Source: Octopus vulgaris (lineage: Eukaryota). Taken from it: a stretch of 64,000 nt of DNA. Made by a program: the position numbers and the translations under genes. The notes under the pieces were generated by a model. It was not told where the DNA came from. It saw nothing but the letters and a program-made list of their open reading frames with translations, and searched no databases. The stretch's first letter is position 1; every line of letters begins with the position of its first letter. The DNA lies in assembly GCA_951406725.2 (NCBI GenBank), contig OX597814.1, positions 102,424,001-102,488,000 of the forward strand. Reading direction: 5' to 3'. Below, piece by piece: positions 12,837-26,866 of the stretch.

Positions 12837-13430
12837 AAGCACAAAAAGCAGAACCCTGTGGCCTATGCCAGGGGTATAACCAGCCCACTTATGCATACCT
12901 TTCCTTCATTGGACACTAAGCTCTGCTTGTAAACACCTGTTGGGGCAAGTGAAATCGAAATCAAATTCAATGACTGGCAACCATGCTAGTGGAGCGCTAA
13001 AGACACCATCCAAGCATGATCGTTGCCAGAGCAGCAAACTAGCTTCCGTGCCGGTGGCACGTAAAAAGCTCCATTCAAGCATGATCATTACCAGCATTGC
13101 CTAACTGGCACTTGTGCTGGTGATACATGAAAAATCATTCGAGCGAGGTCATTGCCAGTGCCACTGGACTGGCTCCTGTGCAGGTGGCATGTAAAAAACA
13201 CCATTTGAGCATGGCCGTTGCCAGTACCGCCTGACTGGCCCTCATGCCGGTGGCATGTAAAAGCACCCACTACACTCTTGCAGTGGTTGGCGTTAGGAAG
13301 AGCATCCAGCTGTAGAAACTCTGCCAGATCAGATTGGAGCCTGGTGCAGCTATCTGGTTCACCAGACCTCAGTCAAATCGTCCAACCCATGCTAGCATGG
13401 AAAGCGGACGTTAAACGATGATGATGATGA
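12837..13430 (+). mobile_element. SINE with four ~65-bp internal tandem units and (GAT)n tail
   Basis: Units start at ~13003, 13069, 13134 and 13199 (ccattcgagcatggccgttgccag...ggtggcatgtaaaaa). Confidence 0.8.
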
Positions 13431-13667
13431 TATATATATATATATGTATGTATGTAGTTGTTGTTGTTGTTAAGCAACAAGACGGGTAAGGGTGATTAGG
13501 TGATGGCCTAGGGCTTAGGGATGGGAGACCCCAGACCTTGGGGAAAACTTTGCTTGTCTTGTAGTCGGGGGCTCTTCATTGACACCCGACACTACTAGGA
13601 GGTGACCCTCGAAGTTGCTGGAAATGAAGATCTTCAGGTCCAAATTCTTGAATGGCTGTATGTATGT

Positions 13668-14030
13668 GGAGGTGCAATGGCCCCGTGGTTAGGGCAGTGG
13701 GCTTATGGTCATAGGATCGCAGTTTTGATTCCCAGGCTGGACGTTGTGTTTATTGAGCAAAAATACCTAAAGGCTCCAGCAGGGTGTGGTGGCGACCCTT
13801 ACTGTATTCTTCCACCACAACTTTCTCTCACTCTTCCTGTTTCTGTTGTACCTGTATTTCAAAGGGCCAGCCTTGTCAAACTCTGTGTCATGCTGAATCT
13901 CCCCGAGAACTACATTAAGACTATATGTGTCTGTGTAGTGTTCAGCCACTTGCACATTAATTTCACAAGCAGAGTGTTCTGTTGATCGGATCAATTGGAA
14001 CCCTCATTGTCATAATCGATGGAGTGCCAC
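13668..14030 (+). mobile_element. tRNA-derived SINE (same family as 12452)
   Basis: Shares gtacctgtatttcaaagggccagccttgtc...cttgcacattaatttcac with 12452-12775. Confidence 0.75.
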
Positions 14031-14032
14031 GA

Positions 14033-14069
<37 letters not shown>

Positions 14070-14693
14070 GCAGACATATATGCAATGATATATACACATA
14101 TGGAAGATCCTAGAGGGGCTGGTACCAAACTGGCATCATGTGTTATACTAAACTTAGCATGAAACTCAAACAAAGGGAGCAATTTCAAATTTGCTCCTTC
14201 ATCAAAAGTCAACCACATGTAAATGGCCATTCAAAAGGTGATGATACTGGTAGGGCATCAGCATGGCCACAGCTTTAAGGTTGAAGCATGTAAAAGAGTA
14301 AAAGAATATGTATATTAAGATTTCACCTAGGCATAATGATAATTAGAACTCAATATACACATGCTTCAGAATAAAGCTTTAGGCAAGTACAGAGCATAAT
14401 GTAAAATTAAATAAATGACAAGGGAATAGGAAGTATATAATAAGCTTCCCTGGCTTACTCAGCTCGTGATCCACATTATTGTTCATTAGTGTATCAAACA
14501 AAATGCTAAGCAGCATTTATTCTGACCCTTTATATTCAAATTCCACCGAGGTCAACTTTGCCTTTTATCCTTTCAGGGGTCAATAAAATAATGTTCTAGT
14601 TGAGCACTGGAGTTGATGTAATCAACTAACACTCCCCCATCCCCCTCAAAATTTTTTTAATTTCAGGCGTTATGTCTCACTATCATCGTCATT

Positions 14694-14725
<32 letters not shown>

Positions 14726-15559
14726 TTTACAATGTAGATTTCTTCTGTCAATTATTTCCATTGAACTGCAGACTTTCATTTCTTTAAAAAGACATCTGTT
14801 CATATAATGCCATGTGTGATGGTGGAGGTGGTGTGTGCGCCTGTGTGTGTCTACTTGTTCATGCAATTTTTATTTTATACTATTGCTGCCATTGTTGTTG
14901 ACAAATAACTGTTGTTGTCATTGTCACCATTGTTCATTCATACGCATCTACTTTCCATACTCTCATAGCTTGGTCTGTGTCTGCGGTTTATGTCTTCTCG
15001 CAGCTGCTGGATGTCTTATGAAATGAAGGTATTAACAATTTGAAAAGCTAGTTGTTAGTTCTGAATATATCACTCAGCTCAGACGTATTAAAAATGTATT
15101 ATAACAACATTAGTAATTAATCATTAGCATCAGTGGTGGGATGTGGGCATGGCTGGATGGTTGAGAAGCTTGCTTCCCAACCTTGTGGTCTTGGGTTCAG
15201 TACTATTGCGCAGAGTCTTGGTTGAGTGTCTTCAACTATAGCCCTGGACTGACTAAAGACAAGTCAGTGGATTTGGTAATCAGAAACTGACAGAAACCCA
15301 TCATTATATATATTATATATCTATAATATAAATTTGACATGGGTAATCGTTGTCTTGAGGTTCACAGCCAAATGGCTGGATGAATTTGCGAGAAAAATGG
15401 CACACATGTGGAGATGGGTGCATAGATTGGAATGCGGTTTGTATTTTTTTCCTAGCCCCCATACTTACTGAGAAAATCAATTAAAACTATATCTCGCTCA
15501 GAGATTTTTTACAATTAAAACTTTTCTAATGGAATTCCCCTGTTGGTTCCACCATTAAA

Positions 15560-16385
15560 ACAACCAGTTGCTCAGACAGCCGGCATATACCATTTCGCTA
15601 GCAACAAGAGGGTTACAGGATGACAGTGAGCCAAAACTTTCACTATGCTGCCTCTCTTCTTCCACCTCTTTTTCAAACTGCTGGAGGCACATTTTTAATA
15701 GTGTTGCCCCAGTATATAATAAAGCTCTAAAAGATAGTGGGTTTAGCAAGGAAATAACCTATACACCTGTTACCAGTCCAATAATAAAGAAAAGGAAACA
15801 TAGGAATAGGGAAACTATCTGGTTCATACCCCTTTACTCCCCCAAAGTGAACTTTAATATAGGTAGATATTTCTTATCACTTATAGATAGACATTTTCTT
15901 ATCAATCATAGTTACAAAAAGCTCTTCAATAGACATAACTTAAAAATCAGTTTTAGCTCAACTACTAATTTAAAAAATATAATCGTACATAACACACAAA
16001 AGCAACAAAATGAAACCAGCTGTAAATGGAGCTTGCATGTCCAAGACCATCATTTATGAAGCCACCATAGACTCTACAACCACTAAGGACATAGTTTCGT
16101 CAAAGAAATATGTGGGTCTCACTGAGGGAAACTTTAAAGTTAGGTTCAACAATCACACCTTGAGCTTTAGACACTGGGATTAAAGAAAAACAACCAAATT
16201 ATATATGGACCTTAACAGAAAAAGATGTCATTTACAACATCCATTGGCAGATCTTAGCCAAGTGTAAGCCTTACACCAACAGCAGTGAAAAGTGCGGTCT
16301 TTGTGATATGGAAAGATAGCTCATTTGGAAAAGCAGCTTAGACCCCACTACATGTCTAAATTCAAGAACTGAACTTTTTGGATCA
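15560..16385 (+). mobile_element. Penelope-like element 3' fragment (linker plus GIY-YIG endonuclease), degraded
   Basis: RNRETIWFIPLYS...NIGRYFLSLIDRHF...KLFNRHNLKISFS; then, in another frame, KTIIYEAT...KKYVGLTEGNFKVRFNNH (IIY...YVG), and later KCGLC...LNSRTEL. Confidence 0.85.
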
Positions 16386-16759
16386 TTTCCACATATGACT
16401 ATTTATGTACATGTGTATGGTTGAATATATATGTGCACATATAGGCATGTGTGAGTGTGCATGTATGCATTTCATGCATGTGTGAGTGAGCATATGCATA
16501 TAGGCACATGTATGTGGGTGTGTGTGCACACACGTGTATGTATGTACATGCGCGCATACGCAAATTCTATGAGCGTTTTTTACTTTCTCCCCTTCGGGTT
16601 TTTTCCCTATAACAGTCATTCTAATAGCGCTTTTCTTTGTCTTAATAACAGTCACTTACATAGTAATTTCCCGGAGTTTTATTATTGCAACCAAATAATT
16701 GCCACATATTAAATTACAGATCTATATAACACACACACACACACATATGTATATATATC

Positions 16760-17170
16760 TCTATATATAAAACTGAAATGCGTTTTTACCGCTTGGATCG
16801 CTTTCAATGCCACTACATCCCGTCCGATTTGCTCCAAAATTTACAGGGACATGTAGAATGAGGTGACGATGCCCGTGGGCTACCTTAGAAATCCCTATCT
16901 TAAAAAGGTGTGGTTGCTAGGGAGCCATCTTCCTCACTCACGCTATTTCCTCCATTCCCCTCTCACTCCCCTTCATATATAACTTTGACAAGTCCACTCC
17001 CGTTATTTAATGTATGTCTTCCTAAACTCACTCTCACTATTTCCTCTCTTTTTCACTCACTCTGTTTCCTACCTTCTCATCACATCGGCGTTCTTTTATG
17101 TATCTGTCTGTCACCAACAACACACGAGCATGAGAACAAATATTATGAATCAGATATTCTTGCGTTCATT
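16760..17170 (+). mobile_element. Helitron-like 5' fragment
   Basis: TCtatatataaaactgaaatg start within (TA)n; locally CpG-rich. Confidence 0.45.
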
Positions 17171-17203
<33 letters not shown>

Positions 17204-17761
17204 TCTATATATAAATATGTATATATAATGTATGTGTGTGTGTGTTCTATATATAAATATGTATATATAATGTATATATACAAAGTGTATATATCTGTAT
17301 TTATGTATATTAAACTTTTTCATACTTTTTCATAGCTATACTTGCACGTCCATGTGAGTTCATGTGTGTGTGTATGTGTATTTTCCCTCCACTGCTTCTC
17401 AACTGGTGTTGAGTTGTTTATATACACATAACCTAGTGGTTTGGTAAAAGAGACTGATAGAATAAATGCCAAAGTTAAAATAAGTACCAGGTTTGATCTG
17501 TAGTGCTCCAGCATGCCCACAGTCCAACAACTGAAACAAATTAAAGCGTAAAAGAGTAAATCCCTCTACATACACACAAATTGTTTTGGATTACTCAGCT
17601 CTCTTTATTCATCTTGCCAACCCCAACAAGCATCTATAATGTAGGCCCATCTTTTCTCTGTTCAACCTTGATTGAGCTGACCTGTGTTCAAGGTACCCCA
17701 GCTGTGATCATCCTGTTTATATTAGGGTTTTCCAGGTTTCTATTATCCAATTTAGCCTTCT

Positions 17762-18176
17762 TATTTCTTTATTGCCCACAAGGGGCTAAACACAGAGGGG
17801 ACAAACAAGGGCAGACAACGGGATTAAGTCGATTACATTGACCCCAGTGCGTAACTGGTACTTAATTTATCGACCCCGAAAGGATGAAAGGCAAAGTTGA
17901 CCTTGGTGGAATTTGAACTCAGAACATAAAGACAAATGAAATACCTATTTCTTTACTACCCACAAGGGGCTAAACACAGAAGGGACAAACAAGGGGAGAC
18001 AAACGGATTAAGTCGATTATATCGACCCCAGTGCATAACTGGTACTTATTTAATCGACCCCGAAAGGATGAAAAGCAAAATCGATCTCAGTGGAATTTGA
18101 ACTCAGAACATAGCGGCAGACGAAATACCGCTAAGCATGTCGCCCAGCATGCTAACGTTTCTGCCAGCTCGCCACC
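17762..18176 (-). mobile_element. Dimeric SINE with type A tails and 19-bp TSD
   Basis: Two tandem body-plus-tail units. TSD ttatccaatttagccttct at 17743-17761 and 18177-18195. Confidence 0.85.
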
Positions 18177-18755
18177 TTATCCAATTTAGCCTTCTCTCAG
18201 TTCATTGTAGCATGTTTTGTTGTGCTGTATTCTGGATAAAATATTTTAGTATGTTAATGCTTATATTAATTTTACTTCTATTGGCCTCCAGCTACCAATA
18301 CTTGATCATAGTTATACTAGTTCACCCTTTGATAATTGGGATCAAAGATATTATACATTTGTATGATTTCCAGCTTGTTTTAAATGCACATTATTGATGT
18401 ATCTTATTTCTCTGATTCATTACATTTGTGTATAATAACATTACAGATATTACATCCTGTAGATTATAACTCAGTTGCATATTGATTCTTTTTATTATTT
18501 TATTTTACTTTTTTGTTTATTTTGTTATATCACAGTTAATGAAACAAGCCCATAAGTTATATTGATCTTAAACATCATTCTCTCAAACAAAGGGAAAATA
18601 TGCAGAAACCAAGATTTTTATACTGAGCAACAATTTGGTTCCCTAGACAACCATAACCCTTTAGCATTTAAACCAGCCATATCCAGCCCAAATATTCTAC
18701 CTGTTTTACACTCAAACCAGCCAGATCTGGCCTCTCACATGTAACCTTACAATAT

Positions 18756-19137
18756 CAGTGGCTGTGTGATAAGTAGCTTGCTTACCAACCACATGGTTCC
18801 ATGTTCATTCCCACTGTGTGGCACCTTGGGCAAGTGTCTTCTACTATAGCCTCGGGCCGACCAAAGCCTTGTGAATTGATTTGGTAGATGGAAACTGGAA
18901 GAAACCTGTCGTATATATGTATGTGTGTGTATATGTTTCTGTGTCTGTGCTTGTCCCCCCCAACATCGCTTGACACATTGCTGGTGTGTTTGCGTCCCCG
19001 TAACTTAGCAGTTCGGCAAAAGAGACCGATAGAATAAGTACTAGGCTTACAAAGAATAAGTCCTGGGGTTGATTTGCTCGACTAAGGGCGGTGCTCCAGT
19101 ATGGCTGCAGTCAAATGACTGAAACAAGTAAAAGAGT
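18756..19137 (+). mobile_element. tRNA-derived SINE with internal (TA/TG)n and ...gactgaaacaagtaaaagag tail
   Basis: gtggctgtgtgataagtagcttgcttaccaaccacatggttcc...ccttgggcaagtgtcttct. Paralogues at 40088-40460, 54637-55027, 55129-55545(-) and 57541-57930; partial copies at 3995, 4482, 15147, 19335 and 52495. Confidence 0.8.
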
Positions 19138-19480
19138 ACCAACAAAAACTTACAGACTAGTTACTAGTTACAGCTTACAACATATGAAGATAGATGACAA
19201 CAGAAAAAAATTTTTTTGATATTTTCTATTTGTTTTAGGGTTAAAGTTCTGACTAAGCAACTTGTACACTGTTGTATATAATTAATAAAAGAAAGAAAGA
19301 AAGAAAGGAAGGAAGAAACAGTTCAAGTACAAACATGGCTGTGTGGTTAAGAAACTTACTTTGCAACCACATGGTTTCAGTTTCTCTCCCAGTAAAAGGT
19401 ACCTTGAGCAAGAGTCTTCTACAATAGCCCTGTGCCTCGTAAGTGAATTTACTATAGGGAAACTGTTTGGAAGCCCATCT

Positions 19481-19539
<59 letters not shown>

Positions 19540-21681
19540 CCTTCCTATCAGAAACCTTTACCTGTTTCCAAGCAAGAGAATATTTCCTCTTGAATTGATA
19601 TATTTTCATGGAAGATTGAAAATGAAGGACACTATTTGCATGATGGTAACATTTTTTACAACTACCATGCAATGTCAAGGCAAGGAAATAGCAGCCCTGT
19701 GTGTGTGTGCATGTATATTTGTATATAGATGTGCTTCTTTCAATTTACATCTACCAAATCCCCATCACAAGGCTTTGGTCAGCCCAGTGTCATAGTAGAA
19801 AACATGCAGTGGAACTGAACCCAGAGCCATGTGGTTGGAAAGAGAACTTTTTAACACACTGTCACACCTGCATCTTTTTAAAAAATGAGGGATATACTGG
19901 ATAAAGTAAAGAAAAACAGTTTTAAGAAACTGTATGGGCTTAGTTGCTGTTTAAAAAATAGTATGGGCCATTGATCATAAGTCTGCTCAACCAGAGCTCA
20001 CCTGGTGCTAAACAACTACAACAATTGCCCCTTCTGAGTTTCCTAACTCAGAAAGGGCAATGCTGAGCATTGACAGGCTTCCTAAGAAGTGGCACTTGTG
20101 AAATCATTCTGAAGTGATAAAGTAGAAAAGCCTTATCCATTCAGTTATTTTGACCCCTCCACAATAATAATCATTATATCACATTCTTCTATATAATTTT
20201 TCCATTAAATATTTATGGAGTTTGTAGTTGGTTCAATCTGATCAAGGATATAAATGGTTGAAAATAGAATGTTCAGCCAAGTGGAACGAAAACCTATACA
20301 AGACATAATAATGGTTGATATGGTATCCAGAAGTAAACATAACCAACAGTTAATCAGTAGCTAACAATATACACACACCTGCATAACAATCCAATTAGCC
20401 AGTTCTGTTAGGTCAGCCATGACAACATTATCTGTTGATTAGATTATATACAGCAGCTATCACTTCAATTCATGCACTATCAAAGCCGTTTTACAAGCCA
20501 CAAAGAGTATCATCAGTACTATAACAGTGAACCTCCTCATAGGTAATGCTGCTTTAAAGACAGAGAGTAAGAGAGAGAGGCACCCATATAATCATATGAA
20601 AAATTTTTTTTTTTTTTGTGGCTGACTATCAGCTATTTGCAACTCACAATTTTCTCATTCCCCATGACATGAACTACCATCAGCAAATTGCATATGTGTG
20701 GTGTGTGTAAAAGAGAATGAGAGAAAGTGAAAAAAAAAGCCAGAGAGAGAAAGAAAGACAGGGAAATTCTGATGGATTGTTGTCTAAGAAAATAGCAAAA
20801 CTAACCTGAATAACAGGAAAGACAAAAAAAAATCAACAATAATAATAGTAATAATAAAGAAATAATTTATTTATTAGGGGTAATTGCACTAGCAATGCTT
20901 CATAAAAGTTTCTTGGATTATAGCTGTCAGTGTCTGAATTAGACTGCCATCTCAACCATCTGTCCCTTCATCCATCTATCTAGACACTAGCAGTGTTATA
21001 AAAGTTAAGCAGTAGTATATTTATCAGTTCATTCTTTTAATTGCATACACAATTCTGGTTTAATTTATTATTTCAGTTTCATAGTCTGATATTATCATGT
21101 TTTTAATACAGGTAGGACCAGTTCTTTTTTTTTTTTTTTGTAGGCTCTTTATAAATTTGCTAATTATCTTTTTGCATTTTATTGCAGTTATTTCCCAATG
21201 TCCAATTACATTTGAAATAAATATGTGTTTGGATATATGTGTGTGTGTGTGTGTATGCACATGCATATATATGTATGAATGTATGTATATATAAATATGT
21301 ATGTATGAATGCATGTATATATATATATATATTCTGTATGAGCTGGAGGTTGAGAAACCAACTAAGGGGTATTACCTATCCAATATACTACTGGTAGTGT
21401 ACCCAATTTATTCATAGCCAAGTGCTAGTTATTGCATGGCAATCTTGAGTATTATATATGGGCAGGGGTAAACAAATGGTTTATCCTTGATTTATATGGC
21501 AAATAAGAAAATGGACAGGATATAAAATCGACTGACATCAGCTGGTAAACATTCCAGTATGTCTTTTTATTCAAATGTATTGGATGAATACACACATGTG
21601 TATGAGTGGTACAGATTAGCGAGTGGAAAAAGCTGGTAACTGCATAAACAAGGGTGTGAATACATATAAGCATATAGAAAC

Positions 21682-22069
21682 AAATGAGCAAATTGGCAAA
21701 AAACTAAATGGGTGTGCAAGTACTAGTTCCTTACAGCCGTTTCTGCCAAGGGGCAACAAAATCTTCCAGGTTATCTCCATCTCTTCAGTGTTATGCAGGG
21801 ATGAGCAGACAAGGCTTGGATGGTGGACGTGCCCCTAGGCTTCTTCAAAGGGTCTGACTTTTATAAGTGTTAGCCCCCACTCCTCCCAACCATTTAGACC
21901 CTCTGAAGAAGCCTAGGGCCACGTCCACCATCCAAGCCTTGTCTACTCATCTCTGCATAACACTGAAGGGATGGAGATAACCTGGAAGATTTTGTTGCCC
22001 CTTGGCAGAAACGGCCGTAAGGAACTAGTACCTGCACACCCATTTAGTTTTTTGCCAATTTGCTCATTT
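21682..22069. repeat. Long inverted repeat: 174-bp arms, 40-nt loop
   Basis: Arms 21682-21855 and 21896-22069; 7 substitutions and no indels by manual alignment. Confidence 0.95.
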
Positions 22070-22140
22070 CCTCATACCACAAGATATAGTTTTTCCAAAC
22101 TCATGATGGGATTGGCTTAGCTGTATGATTTTGGGTTCAG

Positions 22141-22171
<31 letters not shown>

Positions 22172-24599
22172 TTGTCATCTTCATAATCATCATTTAATGT
22201 ACCTATTCTATGTTGACATGGGTTGGATGGTTTGACAAGATCCTACAGGTCCAAAAACTGCATCATCCTTCAGTGTCTACTTTTGCTTAGGGTCTATGGC
22301 TAGATGCCCTTCCTTATACCAATCACTTTGTAGCATATATGGAGTGCTTTGTGGGGGGGGGGGCACCAGCACTAGTGAGGTTACCATGCAGTCTGCAAAG
22401 CTAAGATGCTCTTTGATTGAGTGGGGACCACAGTGGAGAGAGAAGTGGGGAAACAGCTTTATGGATAATTAAGTTGTCTACACCTCCCTGTCCTTCTGTT
22501 AAAGCTTAATATGTAAACATTATTAATAACACATACTTGATGCATGTATGCTGTTAAAAGCTAAGAGCTGTCTTTTTTTTTTTTTTGTCTGGGAAAGATT
22601 CCCTCAAAGACACATAGTGTTACAAAACTCAATATACTTCAAAGCTTTAAAGGGATATTTCCCAAATGAAAAATTGCAACTCTTGGTATTTTAACAACAT
22701 ATATACACTAAGTATTTGACATTGATAATGTTCACATTATTGAGCTGCTTCTAACACATAATTTGAATTTATTCTACTTAAAACCATGCTGATATCCTAA
22801 AACCATGGTGCCATGTAAAAAGCATTATTGTAGGTGCTAGTGTCATGTAAAAAGCACCCAGTACACTCTGTAAAGTGGCTAGTGTTAAGAATAGCATCCA
22901 GCTGTAGAAACCAAGCCAAAACAGACTAATGCAGCCCCTGGCCTTGCCAGTTCCTATCAAGCTGTCCAACCCATGCCCGCATGGAAGACAGCTTTTAAAT
23001 GTTGATGCTACTGCTGATGATGATGATTATGATGTACGACACTATTGCATATCAGCAAATAGTTTTTACACTATTCATATATACTTTAGGTTTTTAGTTT
23101 CGTTTTGGAAGCGAGGCAAGTATGCAGCATTGATAAGCAGCTAAATACTAAGAAATACCAGTATCTCTCATTCTCATTCACTCCCAGAGCAGTTTTGTTT
23201 CACCTAGCTTTAAAATATACTGTTTTTTTAACATTATACATCTTTCAAAGGATCTTCCCCAGGTGAAAATCTGCAGCTCCTTGCATTTTAACAACACACA
23301 TTAAATTTGTGACATTGAAAATGTTTATTAGATTGGTTAAGGGCAACATGTTGGTGGACTTATTTGTGCATTGGACAAAATACATGGCAGTATTCCTTCC
23401 AGCATTTTATGTTCTGAGTTCAAATTCTGTCATGTTCAACTTTGCATTTCATCTTTCTGAAGTTGACAAAACAACTACCAGCTGAACACTGGCGTCAATG
23501 TAATCAACTAGCCAAAATTTCTGGCCTTATACCTAGAGTAGAAAGGATTATGGCTGTTGTTTTTACTGTTGTTGATTGGTAGATTGCCTGATTCATTCAA
23601 CTATTGATAAAAATAGAAAATTTTGAGTTCAAACTGCACCAGGGACAACAGTTTTTCATTCATTCATGGTTAATAAAAATAATTTACCTGTCAACTTTTA
23701 AGGTTGATCAAAATTTTGTGGTTTTGTACCAGCCAAAGGCAACAACTTTTCACCCCTCTAGGCAATCTATGAACTAGGTACCATTGAAGTACTGGGATAG
23801 ATTCAGTTGACTACTAATTTTTCTTCTATGATGCTCTGGTCTGGTTTTATGCCAGTTAGAAATGTTTCATCTCAATGCTGGTGGGAGTAGGAATGGAGAG
23901 TATATGTTAGTGAAGTACTGAAGTAGGATGGTGACTTAATTCGACTATTCCCTTTCTCCCAAAATCTATGGCTTTGTCCCAAAATTAGAAACCATTTATT
24001 ACTGCTATAAAAAACTGTAAAAGTTTCTTTTTTTTTGTGAGAAACATAGACATTTATTATTAATCTTTTTTTATTAATATACATTTTTTACATTAGACTG
24101 GAAGTAAGAACTAACTAGATTAAAAGCAACTCGTAAATTGAAATGATATTTAAATTGTCGGTAGTGTTACTTTACAAGCTGCAAGAATAAATTTGTGCCA
24201 TTGTTAATAATTGTACATTTTCAGATTCTAAAGGAATAAGAAATAAAGCAGCCAGATTATTAATAATATGCCAATTGTAGATGTTTTATTGAAAACTATC
24301 TTATTTTAATTGAAGTTAGAAATTGGCTAAAGTATTTTGCAATTTATTAAATACAAAGAATGACTTGTGTGTCTTAATCATTGTCATCATCATCATCATC
24401 ATAACATCCACTTTTCTCTGCTCACATGGGTCAAATGAAATTTGTTACAAAGCATGGTAATATTTTTCTTGGTCCTCCACACAAATAATACAATAGCTGG
24501 ACATGTTTCCATGGAAGAGTACAAACAAAGGACATTGCTTGCTGGCTAGCACTGTCAAGATAAGACATTAATGCACACATTGGGCTTCTTTCAGTTTCT

Positions 24600-24800
24600 T
24601 ATTTCTTTATTGCCCACAAGGGGCTAAACATAGCGGGGACAAACAAGGACAGACAACTGGTAACTGGTACTTAATTTATTGACCCTGAAAGGATGAAAAG
24701 CAAAGTCGACCTTGGCAGAATTTGAACTCAGAACGTAACAGCAGACGAAATACCACTAAGTATTTCACCTGGCGTGCTAACGTTTCTGCCAGCTCGCCGC
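24600..24800 (-). mobile_element. SINE with type A tail nested in an older SINE; 15-bp TSD
   Basis: TSD cttctttcagtttct at 24585-24599 and 24801-24815. Confidence 0.85.
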
Positions 24801-25222
24801 CTTCTTTCAGTTTCTGTCTACCAAATTCACTCACAAGGCTTTGGTTGACCCAGTGTATGCACCTTAGGTAAGTAACTTCTGCTATAACAGACACATGTCA
24901 TGCAGTGGGACTGAACCCAAAACCACATGTTTGGGAAGTAAACTTCTTAACCATGCAATTATGCCTGTGTGTGTGTGTGTATTTGTGTGTGTGTGTGCAT
25001 GCATGCACGTACACATGTGCTTGTGCATGTAGCAGACTGATACTTCAAAATCACTCTTATTCCTTTCCTTGTAAAATCGTAACATATACTCTACTGAAAA
25101 GAATTCAAATAATTCTTCAGTTTAATATTAAATTGATTTTATAAATTACTTGACATAATAACAGACATTAATAAATATATATATGTATTAAATGTGTATA
25201 ATATATATATTAAATTCCATAA

Positions 25223-25439
25223 CCCTTAGCATTCACATTATTTTGTCAAATGTAATGCTTATTTATTCACATTGTTCACAATAAGGATGCATTATCTTGT
25301 AGCTTTGAGATTTCAATGGTGTGATTGTTTATTTTTAGAATGTATTGTAGGGTAGGTGTGAGAGGCTAGATCTGGCTTACTTGAGCGTAAAACAGGTAGA
25401 ATATTTGGGTCAGTTATGGCCAATTTAAATGCTGAAGGG
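25223..25439. mobile_element. piggyBac-like MITE
   Basis: cccttagcatt...aatgctgaaggg termini with TAA/TTA flanks. Related copies at ~30196-30346, ~53448-53641 and 18657-18750. Confidence 0.6.
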
Positions 25440-26550
25440 TTATTAATGTGTTTAATAAGATATTTACCTTTTCTGTTGATTTACTTTTTGTTTCACTTCT
25501 TTTAAATGTTTGTTTTGCCCTGTCTTTAACTGAGTTGCTCTCTTTTCTTTTCTTTTCTTTTCTTTTATGGTACTTTCTACTATTAGCTGTGACATTTGGG
25601 TAAGCAGATATAGCACTGACCATTTTCAAAGTTGAATTAGAGCTATCTCATACTGATGCAATTGGTTTTTGCAAGACTTTGAAAGAATTCCTGCTTGTCT
25701 ACCCTAATATTGAGTAATCCAGTATAAGGGGTAGAAAATGGGTCAAGCAAATACACACACCTATGCAAACAATATCGATATAAAAATGTTATGGGTAGGT
25801 GCTGAGAATTATATTCATTGTTAGCACTTAGTGACTGTTGCATGCCACAGTAGATTTTTCTCACTGTTATAGTTACCCCTGTCTATTGTTTTCTTTAATA
25901 TATATATAAATAGATCTTTTGTTTCTAACGTTGTTTTTAATTAACTATAATCTGTGATCCATAAGCCGAGAGTTATCCTATCCATGAACAATAGATTTAC
26001 TTTAAATCTGTTGCATGTTTAGCAATCTAGTAAATTCCACACCAAGAAACAATAACATTGTCAAAATCTCAGCTTGGCATATGACAGGGAGAAAGCTATA
26101 TGTTTCTCTTGATAAACAGTAAAGAAATACAATTGTAATGGGAAAAGTTAAAATAATTGATTTAATATGAATATAAGATTATTAAACATTTAAAAAATTA
26201 TTTGAACTATGAATAATAAGAAACTAAAAGTGTATATGAAAACAAATGAATAATGAGTTATCTTGCATTAAATGTTGAATATGTTTCATTCCTTGAGGAT
26301 TGAAATGTTTCATGTGGTAAGTTTCTTTACCTTTGACACCTGAGTTTTTTAACTTGATTAGTAAATAAGAAAAAAAAAAAATCCCGCAGTCGAGCACGGA
26401 AGGCACATGTTTTGTAACACTATATGTCTCTGAGGGAATCTTTCCCAGACAAAAAAAAAAATCACAGTTTAACAATCACCACCTGGTACCTTAGTTATCT
26501 TTAGAGGACCCCACTCTGTTGCAAGCATTCTGACCAGGTACATAGTTTGA

Positions 26551-26866
26551 AGTGAAGAAACATGGGTTAGTGGTTAGGGTATTCGGCTTATGATTGCAAG
26601 GCCATGAGTTCAATTCCTGGTGATGTGTTGTATCCTTGAACAAGCCATTTTATGTCACATTGTTCCAGTTCACTCAGCTGGCAAAAATGAGTTGTACCTG
26701 TATTTCAAAGGGCCAGCCTTATCAAACTTTTGTCATGCTGAATCTCTCTGAGCACTACATTAAGGGTACACGTGTCAGCCATATGCACATTAGTTTCACA
26801 AGCAGGCTGTTCTATTGCTTGGATCAACTGGAACCATCATCATTGTAACCGACAGAATGCCAGTAA
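26551..26866 (+). mobile_element. tRNA-derived SINE with 12-bp TSD
   Basis: Homologous to 12452; flanked by tacatagtttga on both sides. Confidence 0.8.

Noticed and set aside
13003-13265. Regularly spaced repeats resembling a CRISPR array
   Set aside because: The units are wholly homologous with no unique spacers, lie inside a SINE in eukaryotic DNA, and there are no cas genes.
19090-19137. CAGTC-AAAT-GACTG-AAAC stem-loop in SINE tails as a hammerhead
   Set aside because: No CUGANGA-like core upstream; better explained as a LINE-recognition stem-loop.
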